Positions 1 to 11,274 of a stretch of DNA of 62,180 nt are shown in pieces; position 1 is the first letter of the stretch; the number at the start of each line of letters is the position of its first letter. The notes beneath the pieces are model-generated. The model was not told the DNA's origin. It saw nothing but the letters and a program-made list of their open reading frames with translations, and did no database searches. The position numbers were made by a program, and so were the translations under genes. This stretch comes from Azolla caroliniana (Eukaryota > Plantae > Polypodiophyta). The stretch spans positions 1 to 62,180 of the forward strand of contig JBHGNT010000167.1 of NCBI GenBank assembly GCA_043228905.1, in the 5' to 3' direction.

Positions 1-2731
1 CCTAAACCCTAAACCCTAAACCCTAAACCCTAAACCCTAAACCCTAAACCCTAAACCTAAACCCTAAACCCTAAACCCCTAAACCCTAAACCCTAAACCT
101 AAACCCTAAACCCTAACCCTAAACCCTAAACCCTAAACCCTAAACCCTAAACCCTAAACCCTAAACCCTAAACCACCTAAACCCTAAACCCTAAACCCTA
201 ACCCTACCTAAACCCTAAACCCTAAACCCTAAACCCTAAACCTAAACCCTAACACCCTAAACCCTAAACCCTAACCCTAAACCCTAAACCCTAAACCCTA
301 AACCCTAACCTAAACCCTAAACCCTAAACCCTAAACCCTAACCCTAAACCCTAAACCCTAAACCCTAAACCCTAAACCCTAAACCCTAAACCCTAAACCC
401 TAAACCCTAAACCTAAACCCTAAACCCTAAACCTAAACCCTAAACCCTAAACCCTAAACCCTAAACCCTAAACCCTAAACCCTAAACCCTAAACCCTAAA
501 CCCTAAACCCTAAACCCTAAACCCTAAACCCTAAACCCTAAACCCTAAACCTAAACCCTAAACCCTAAACCCTAAACCCTAAACCCTAAACCCTAAACCC
601 TAAACCCTAAACCCTAAACCCTAAACCCTAAACCCTAAACCCTAAACCCTAAACCCTAAACCCTAAACCCTAAACCCCTAAACCCTAAACCCTAAACCCT
701 AAACCTAAACCCTAAACCCTAAACCCTAAACCCTAAACCCTAAACCCTAAACCTAAACCCTAAACCCTAAACCCTAAACCCTAAACCCTAAACCCTAAAC
801 CCTAAACCCTAAACCCTAAACCCTAAACCCTAAACCCTAAACCCTAAACCCTAAACCCTAAACCCTAAACCCTAAACCCTAAACCCTAAACCCTAAACCC
901 TAAACCCTAAACCCTAAACCCTAAACCCTAAACCCTAAACCCTAAACCCTAAACCCTAAACCCTAAACCCTAAACCCTAAACCCTAAACCCTAAACCCTA
1001 AACCCTAAACCCTAAACCCTAAACCCTAAACCCTAAACCCTAAACCCTAAACCCTAAACCCTAAACCCTAAACCCTAAACCCTAAACCCTAAACCCTAAA
1101 CCCTAAACCCTAAACCCTAAACCCTAAACCCTAAACCCTAAACCCTAAACCCTAAACCCTAAACCCTAAACCCTAAACCCTAAACCCTAAACCCTAAACC
1201 CTAAACCCTAAACCCTAAACCCTAAACCCTAAACCCTAAACCCTAAACCCTAAACCCTAAACCCTAAACCCTAAACCCTAAACCCTAAACCCTAAACCCT
1301 AAACCCTAAACCCTAAACCCTAAACCCTAAACCCTAAACCCTAAACCCTAAACCCTAAACCCTAAACCCTAAACCCTAAACCCTAAACCCTAAACCCTAA
1401 ACCCTAAACCCTAAACCCTAAACCCTAAACCCTAAACCCTAAACCCTAAACCCTAAACCCTAAACCCTAAACCCTAAACCCTAAACCCTAAACCCTAAAC
1501 CCTAAACCCTAAACCCTAAACCCTAAACCCTAAACCCTAAACCCTAAACCCTAAACCCTAAACCCTAAACCCTAAACCCTAAACCCTAAACCCTAAACCC
1601 TAAACCCTAAACCCTAAACCCTAAACCCTAAACCCTAAACCCTAAACCCTAAACCCTAAACCCTAAACCCTAAACCCTAAACCCTAAACCCTAAACCCTA
1701 AACCCTAAACCCTAAACCCTAAACCCTAAACCCTAAACCCTAAACCCTAAACCCTAAACCCTAAACCCTAAACCCTAAACCCTAAACCCTAAACCCTAAA
1801 CCCTAAACCCTAAACCCTAAACCCTAAACCCTAAACCCTAAACCCTAAACCCTAAACCCTAAACCCTAAACCCTAAACCCTAAACCCTAAACCCTAAACC
1901 CTAAACCCTAAACCCTAAACCCTAAACCCTAAACCCTAAACCCTAAACCCTAAACCCTAAACCCTAAACCCTAAACCCTAAACCCTAAACCCTAAACCCT
2001 AAACCCTAAACCCTAAACCCTAAACCCTAAACCCTAAACCCTAAACCCTAAACCCTAAACCCTAAACCCTAAACCCTAAACCCTAAACCCTAAACCCTAA
2101 ACCCTAAACCCTAAACCCTAAACCCTAAACCCTAAACCCTAAACCCTAAACCCTAAACCCTAAACCCTAAACCCTAAACCCTAAACCCTAAACCCTAAAC
2201 CCTAAACCCTAAACCCTAAACCCTAAACCCTAAACCCTAAACCCTAAACCCTAAACCCTAAACCCTAAACCCTAAACCCTAAACCCTAAACCCTAAACCC
2301 TAAACCCTAAACCCTAAACCCTAAACCCTAAACCCTAAACCCTAAACCCTAAACCCTAAACCCTAAACCCTAAACCCTAAACCCTAAACCCTAAACCCTA
2401 AACCCTAAACCCTAAACCCTAAACCCTAAACCCTAAACCCTAAACCCTAAACCCTAAACCCTAAACCCTAAACCCTAAACCCTAAACCCTAAACCCTAAA
2501 CCCTAAACCCTAAACCCTAAACCCTAAACCCTAAACCCTAAACCCTAAACCCTAAACCCTAAACCCTAAACCCTAAACCCTAAACCCTAAACCCTAAACC
2601 CTAAACCCTAAACCCTAAACCCTAAACCCTAAACCCTAAACCCTAAACCCTAAACCCTAAACCCTAAACCCTAAACCCTAAACCCTAAACCCTAAACCCT
2701 AAACCCTAAACCCTAAACCCTAAACCCTAAA
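1..2731. repeat. Telomeric repeat array (CCCTAAA)n, i.e. TTTAGGG on the minus strand; Arabidopsis-type plant telomere at a left chromosome end
   Basis: Tandem CCCTAAA from base 1. Scattered 1-2 bp irregular units up to 757, then 282 perfect units at 758-2731. C-rich strand on + at the start of the sequence is the expected orientation for a left chromosome end. Confidence 0.99.
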
Positions 2732-5700
2732 CCTGAGTTTCAAAATCTTGATTTTTTAATTCCATATCATAGCTAGTGTTGTTAGCTTCGATTCGCATGT
2801 TTGAACACAAAAATCCGATATCACACGAGCCAGCTATGAACATTTTAATTTACTCAAGGGCTCCTCTCAACCCCCTCCTCATGTTTGCTAATTTCGTCAT
2901 GTTTCTCGACCTGAGTTTCAAAATCTTGTTTTTTTAATTCTATATCATAGCTAGCGTTCTTAGCTTCGATTCGCAGGTTTGAACACAAAAAACCGATATC
3001 ACACGAGCCAGGTATGAACATTTGAATTTACCAACTAGCTCTTCTCAACTCACTCCTCAAATTTGGTAATTTCGTCATGTCTCTCGACCTGAGTTTCAAA
3101 ATCTTGATTTTTTAATTCCATATCATAGCTAGCGTTCTTAGCTTCGATTCGCATGTTTGAACACAGAAATCCGATATTACACGAGCCAGGTATGAACATT
3201 TTAATTTACTCAAGGGCGCCTCTCAAGTCACTCCTCAAATTTGGTAATTTCATCATGTCTCTCGACCTGAGTTTCAAAATCTTGATTTTTTAATTCCATA
3301 TCATATCTAGTTTTGTTAGCTTCGATTCGCATGTTTGAACACAAAAATCCGATATCACACGACCCCGGTATGAACATTTTCATTTACTCCTGGGCTCCTC
3401 TCAACTCCCTCCTCAAATTTGGTAATTTCGTCATGTCTCTCGACCTGAGTTTCAAAATCTTGATTTTTTAATTCCATATCATAGCTAGCGTTGTTAGCTT
3501 CGATTCGCATGTTTGAACACAAAAATCCGATATCACACGAGCCAGGTATGAACATTTTCATTTACTCAAGGGCTCCTCTCAACTCATTCCTCAAATTTGG
3601 TAATTTCGTCATGTCTTTCGACCTGAGTTTCAAAATCTTGATTTTTTAATTCCATATCATAGCTAGTGTTGTTAGCTTCGATTCGCATGTTTGAACACAA
3701 AAATCCGATATCACACGAGCCAGGTATGAACATTTTAATTTACTCCTGGGCTCCTCTCAACTCCCTCCTCATGTTTGGTAATTTCGTCATGTCTCTCGAC
3801 CTGAGTTTCAAAATCTTGATTTTTTAATTCCATATCATAGCTAGCGTTGTTAGCTTCGATTCGCATGTTTGAACACAAAAATCCGATATCACACGAGCCA
3901 GGTATGAACATTTTCATTTACTCAAGGGCTCCTCTCAACTCATTCCTCAAATTTGGTAATTTCGTCATGTCTTTCGACCTGAGTTTCAAAATCTTGTTTT
4001 TTTAATTCTATATCATAGCTAGCGTTCTTAGCTTCGATTCGCATGTTTGAACACAAAAATCCGATATCACACGAGCCAGGTATGAACATTTGAATTTACC
4101 AACTAGCTTTTCTCAACTCACTCCTCAAATTTGGTAATTTCGTCATGTCTCTCGACCTGAGTTTCAAAATCTTGATTTTTTAATTCCATATCATAGCTAG
4201 CGTTCTTAGCTTCGATTCGCATGTTTGAGCACAGAAATCCGATATTACACGAGCCAGGTATGAACATTTTAATTTACTCAAGGGCGCCTCTCAAGTCACT
4301 CCTCAAATTTGGTAATTTCGTCATGTCTCTCGACCTGAGTTTCAAAATCTTGATTTTTTAATTCCATATCATAGCTAGTGTTGTTAGCTTCGATTCGCAT
4401 GTTTGAACACAAAAACCCGATATCACACGACCCCGGTATGAACATTTTAATTTACTCCTGGGCTCCTCTCAACTCCCTCCTCAAATTTGGTAATTTCGTC
4501 ATGTCTCTCGACCTGAGTTTCAAAATCTTGATTTTTTAATTCCATATCATAGCTAGCGTTCTTAGCTTCGATTCGCATGTTTGAACACAAAAATCCGATA
4601 TCACACGAGCCAGGTATGAACATTTTCATTTACTCAAGGGCTCCTCTCAACTCATTCCTCAAATTTGGTAATTTCGTCATGTCTTTCGACCTGAGTTTCA
4701 AAATCTTGATTTTTTAATTCCATATCATAGCTAGTGTTGTTAGCTTCGATTCGCATGTTTGAACACAAAAATCCGATATCACACGAGCCAGGTATGAACA
4801 TTTTAATTTACTCCTGGGCTCCTCTCAACTCCCTCCTCATGTTTGGTAATTTCGTCATGTCTCTCGACCTGAGTTTCAAAATCTTGATTTTTTAATTCCA
4901 TATCATAGCTAGCATTATTAGCTTCGATTCGCATGTTTGAACACAAAAATCCGATATCACACGAGCCAGGTATGAACATTTTCATTTACTCAAGGGCTCC
5001 TCTCAACTCATTCCTCAAATTTGGTAATTTCGTCATGTCTTTCGACCTGAGTTTCAAAATCTTGATTTTTTAATTCCATATCATAGCTAGTGTTGTTAGC
5101 TTCGATTCGCATGTTTGAACACAAAAATCCGATATCACACGAGCCAGGTATGAACATTTTAATTTACTCCTAGGCTCCTCTCAACTCCCTCCTCATGTTT
5201 GGTAATTTCGTCATGTCTCTCGACCTGAGTTTCAAAATCTTGATTTTTTAATTCCATATCATAGCTAGCATTATTAGCTTCGATTCGCATGTTTGAACAC
5301 AAAAATCCGATATCACACGAGCCAGGTATGAACATTTGAATTTACCTCCTAGCTCTTCTCAACTCACTCCTCAAATTTGGTAATTTCGTCATGTCTCTCG
5401 ACCTGAGTTTCAAAATCTTGATTTTTTAATTCCACATCATAGCTAGCGTTGTTAGCTTCGATTCCCATGTTTGAACACAAAAATCCGATATCACACGAGC
5501 CAGGTATGACCATTTTAATTTACTCAAGGGCTCCTCTCAACCCCCTCCTCATGTTTGCTAATTTCGTCATGTTTCTCGACCTAAGTTTCAAAATCTTGAT
5601 TTTTTAATTCTATATCATAGCTAGCGTTCTTAGCTTCGATTCGCATGTTTGAACACAGAAATCCGATATTACACGAGCCAGGTATGAACATTTTAATTTA

Positions 5701-8700
5701 CTCAAGGGCGCCTCTCAAGTCACTCCTCAAATTTGGTAATTTCATCATGTCTCTCGACCTGAGTTCTCAAATCTTGATTTTTTAATTCCATATCATAGCT
5801 AGTGTTGTTAGCTTCGATTCGCATGTTTGAACACAAAAATCCGATATCACACGAGCCAGGTATGAACATTTTAATTTACTCCTGGGCTCCTCTCAACTCC
5901 CTCCTCATGTTTGGTAATTTCGTCATGTCTCTCGACCTGAGTTTCAAAATCTTGATTTTTTAATTCCATATCATAGCTAGCGTTGTTAGCTTCGATTCGC
6001 ATGTTTGAACACAAAAATCCGATATCACACGAGCCAGGTATGAACATTTTCATTTACTCAAGGGCTCCTCTCAACTCATTCCTCAAATTTGGTAATTTCG
6101 TCATGTCTCTCGACCTGAGTTTCAAAATCTTTATTTTTTAATTCCATATCATAGCTAGTGTTGTTAGCTTCGATTCGCATGTTTGAACACAAAAATCCGA
6201 TATCACACAACCCCGGTATGAACATTTTAATTTACTCCTGGGCTCCTCTCAACTCCCTCCTCATGTTTGGTAATTTCGTCATGTCTCTCGACCTGAGTTT
6301 CAAAATCTTGATTTTTTAATTCCATATCATAGCTAGCATTATTAGCTTCGATTCGCATGTTTGAACACAAAAATCCGATATCACACGAGCCAGGTATGAA
6401 CATTTGAATTTACCTCCTAGCTCTTCTCAACTCACTCCTCAAATTTGGTAATTTCGTCATGTCTCTCGACCTGAGTTTCAAAATCTTGATTTTTTAATTC
6501 CACATCATAGCTAGCGTTGTTAGCTTCGATTCGCATGTTTGAACACAAAAATCCGATATCACACGAGCCAGGTATGACCATGTTAATTTACTCAAGGGCT
6601 CCTCTCAACCCCCTCCTCATGTTTGCTAATTTCGTCATGTTTCTCGACCTGAGTTTCAAAATCTTGGTTTTTTAATTCTATATCATAGCTAGCGTTCTTA
6701 GCTTCGATTCGCATGTTTGAACACAGAAATCCGATATTACACGAGCCAGGTATGAACATTTTAATTTACTCAAGGGCGCCTCTCAAGTCACTCCTCAAAT
6801 TTGGTAATTTCATCATGTCTCTCGACCTGAGTTTCAAAATCTTGATTTTATAATTCCATATCATAGCTAGCGTTGTTAGCTTTGATTCGCATGTTTGAAC
6901 ACAAAAATCCGATATCACACGAGCCAGGTATGAACATTTTAATTTACTCAAGGGCTCCTCTCAACCCCCTCCTCATGTTTGCTAATTTCTTCATGTCTCT
7001 CGACCTGAGTTTAAAAATCTTGCTTTTTTTATTCTATATCATAGCTAGCGTTGTTAGCTTCGATTCGCATGTTTGAACACAGAAATCCGATATTACACGA
7101 GCCAGGTATGAACATTTTAATTTACTCAAGGGCGCCTCTCAAGTCACTCCTCAAATTTGGTAATTTCATCATGTCTCTCGACCTGAGTTTCAAAATCTTG
7201 ATTTTTTAATTCCATATCATAGCTAGTTTTGTAAGCTTCGATTCGCATGTTTGAACACAAAAATCCGATATCACACGAGCCAGGTATGAACATTTTAATT
7301 TACTCAGGGGCTCCTCTCAACTCCCTCCTCAAATTTGGTAATTTCGTCATGTCTCTCGACCTGAGTTTCAAAATCTTGATTTTTTAATTCCATATCATAG
7401 CTAGCGTTGTTAGCTTCGATTCGCATGTTTGAACACAAAAATCCGATATCACACGAGCCAGGTATGAACATTTTCATTTACTCAAGGGCTCCTCTCAACT
7501 CATTCCTCAAATTTGGTAATTTCGTCATGTCTTTCGACCTGAGTTTCAAAATCTTGATTTTTTAATTCCATATCATAGCTAGTGTTGTTAGCTTCGATTC
7601 GCATGTTTGAACACAAAAATCCGATATCACACGAGCCAGGTATGAACATTTTAATTTACTCCTAGGCTCCTCTCAACTCCCTCCTCATGTTTGGTAATTT
7701 CGTCATGTCTCTCGACCTGAGTTTCAAAATCTTGATTTTTTAATTCCATATCATAGCTAGCATTATTAGCTTCGGTTCGCATGTTTGAACACAAAAATCC
7801 GATATCACACGAGCCAGGTATGAACATTTGAATTTACCTCCTAGCTCTTCTCAACTCACTCCTCAAATTTGGTAATTTCGTCATGTCTCTCGACCTGAGT
7901 TTCAAAATCTTGATTTTTTAATTCCACATCATAGCTAGCGTTGTTAGCTTCAATACCCATGTTTGAACACAAAAATCCGATATCACACGAGCCAGGTATG
8001 ACCATTTTAATTTACTCAAGGGCTCCTCTCAACCCCCTCCTCATGTTTGCTAATTTCGTCATGTTTCTCGACCTAAGTTTCAAAATCTTGATTTTTTAAT
8101 TCTATATCATAGCTAGCGTTCTTAGCTTCGATTCGCATGTTTGAACACAGAAATCCGATATTACACGAGCCAGGTATGAACATTTTAATTTACTCAAGGG
8201 CGCCTCTCAAGTCACTCCTCATATTTGGTAATTTCATCATGTCTCTCGACCTGAGTTCTCAAATCTTGATTTTTTAATTCCATATCATAGCTAGTGTTGT
8301 TAGCTTCGATTCGCATGTTTGAACACAAAAATCCGATATCACACGAGCCAGGTATGAACATTTTAATTTACTCCTGGGCTCCTCTCAACTCCCTCCTCAT
8401 GTTTGGTAATTTCGTCATGTCTCTCGACCTGAGTTTCAAAATCTTGATTTTTTAATTCAATATCATAGCTAGTTTTGTAAGCTTCGATTCGCATGTTTGA
8501 ACACAAAAATCCGATATCACACGAGCCAGGTATGAACATTTTAATTTACTCAGGGGCTCCTCTCAACCCCCTCCTCAAATTTGGTAATTTCGTCATGTCT
8601 CTCGACCTGAGTTTCAAAATCTTGATTTTTTAATTCCATATCATAGCTAGCATTATTAGCTTCGATTCGCATGTTTGAACACAAAAATCCGATATCACAC

Positions 8701-11274
8701 GAGCCAGGTATGAACATTTGAATTTACCTCCTAGCTCTTCTCAACTCACTCCTCAAATTTGGTAATTTCGTCATGTCTCTCGACCTGAGTTTCAAAATCT
8801 TGATTTTTTAATTCCACATCATAGCTAGCGTTGTTAGCTTCGATTCCCATGTTTGAACACAAAAATCCGATATCACACGAGCCAGGTATGACCATTTTAA
8901 TTTACTGAAGGGCTCCTCTCAACCCCCTCCTCATGTTTGCTAATTTCGTCATGTTTCTCGACCTGAGTTTCAAAATCTTGATTTTTTAATTCTATATCAT
9001 AGCTAGCGTTGTTAGCTTCGATTCGCATGTTTGAACACAGAAATCCGATATTACACGAGCCAGGTATGAACATTTTAATTTACTCAAGGGCGCCTCTCAA
9101 GTCACTCCTCAAATTTGGTAATTTCATCATGTCTCTCGACCTGAGTTTCAAAATCTTGATTTTTTAATTCCATATCATAGCTAGTTTTGTAAGCTTCGAT
9201 TCGCATGTTTGAACACAAAAATCCGATATCACACGAGCCAGGTATGAACATTTTAATTTACTCAGGGGCTCCTCTCAACTCCCTCCTCAAATTTGGTAAT
9301 TTCGTCATGTCTCTCGACCTGAGTTTCAAAATCTTGATTTTTTAATTCCATATCATAGCTAGCGTTGTTAGCTTCGATTCGCATGTTTGAACACAAAAAT
9401 CCGATATCACACGACCCAGGTATGAACATTTTAATTTACTCCTGGGCTCCTCTCAACTCCCTCCTCATGTTTGGTAATTTCGTCATGTTTCTCGACCTGA
9501 GTTTCAAAATCTTGATTTTTTAATTCCATATCATAGCTAGTGTTGTTAGCTTCGATTCGCATGTTTGAACACAAAAATCCGATATCACACGAGCCAGGTA
9601 TGAACATTTTAATTTACTCCTGGGCTCCTCTCAACTCCCTCCTCATGTTTGGTAATTTCGTCATGTTTCTCGACCTGAGTTTCAAAATCTTGATTTTTTA
9701 ATTCCATATCATAGCTAGCGTTCTTAGCTTCGATTCGCATCTTTGAACACAAAAATCCGATATCACACGAGCCAGGTATGAACATTTGAATTTACTCAAT
9801 GGCTCCTCTCAACTCATTCCTCAAATTTGGTAATTTCGTCATATCTCTCGACCTGAGTTTCAAAATCTTGATTTTTTCATTCCATATCATAGCTAGTGTT
9901 GTTAGCTTCGATTCGCATGTTTGAACACAAAAATCCGATATCACACGACCCCGGTATGAACATTTTAATTTACTCCTGGGCTCCTCTCAACTCCCTCCTC
10001 ATGTTTGGTAATTTCGTCATGTCTCTCGACCTGAGTTTCAAAATCTTGATTTTTTAATTCCATAATCTAGCTAGCGTTGTTAGCGTCGATTCGCATGTTT
10101 GAACACAAAAATCCGATATCACACGAGCCAGGTATGAACATTTTCATTTACTCAAGGGCTCCTCTCAACTCATTCCTCAAATTTGGTAATTTCGTCATGT
10201 CTTTCGACCTGAGTTTCAAAATCTTGATTTTTTAATTCCATATCATAGCTAGTGTTGTTAGCTTCGATTCGCATGTTTGAACACAAAAATCCGATATCAC
10301 ACGACCCCGGTATGAACATTTTAATTTACTCCTGGGCTCCTCTCAACTCCCTCCTCATGTTTGGTAATTTCGTCATGTCTCTCGACCTGAGTTTCAAAAT
10401 CTTGATTTTTTAATTCCATATCATAGCTAGCATTATTAGCTTCGATTCGCATGTTTGAACACAAAAATCCGATATGACACGAGCCAGGTATGAACATTTT
10501 AATTTACCTCCTAGCTCTTCTCAACTCACTCCTCAAATTTGGTAATTTCGTCATGTCTCTCGACCTGAGTTTCAAAATCTTGATTTTTTAATTCCACATC
10601 ATAGCTAGCGTTGTTAACTTCGATTCCCATGTTTGAACACAAAAATCCGATATCACACGAGCCAGGTATGAACATTTTCATTTACTCAAGGGCTCCTCTC
10701 AACTCCCTCCTCAAATTTGGTAATTTCGTCATGTCTCTCGACCTGAGTTTCAAAATCTTGATTTTTTAATTCCATATCATAGCTAGCGTTGTTAGCTTCG
10801 ATTCGCATGTTTGAACACAAAAATCCGATATCACACGAGCCAGGTATGAACATTCTCATTTACTCAAGGGCTCCTCTCAACTCATTCCTCAAATTTGGTA
10901 ATTTCGTCATGTCTTTCGACCTGAGTTTCAAAATCTTGATTTTTTAATTCCATATCATAGCTAGTGTTGTTAGCTTCGATTCGCATGTTTGAACACAAAA
11001 ATCCGATATCACACGACCCCGGTATGAACATTTTAATTTACTCCTGGGCTCCTCTCAACTCCCTCCTCATGTTTGGTAATTTCGTCATGTATCTCGACCT
11101 GAGTTTCAAAATCTTGATTTTTTAATTCCATATCATAGCTAGCATTATTAGCTTCGATTCGCATGTTTGAACACAAAAACCCGATATCACACGAGCCAGG
11201 TATGAACATTTGAATTTACCTCCTAGCTCTTCTCAACTCACTCCTCAAATTTGGTAATTTCGTCATGTCTCTCG
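2731..11274 (+). repeat. Satellite variant domain A (distal, about 48 monomers)
   Basis: Diagnostic variants TACTCCTGGGCT, TACCTCCTAGCTCTT (5343, 6411, 7835, 8725, 10505, 11217), GGGCGCCTCTCAAGTC and CACGACCCCGG; these were not seen after about 11.25 kb. Boundary approximate. Confidence 0.8.

Noticed and set aside
2861-2880. Pyrimidine-rich tract CTCCTCTCAACTCCCTCCTC as a G-quadruplex or triplex element
   Set aside because: It is only about 20 bp, is interrupted, lacks four G3 runs on the opposite strand and is among the more variable parts of the monomer.
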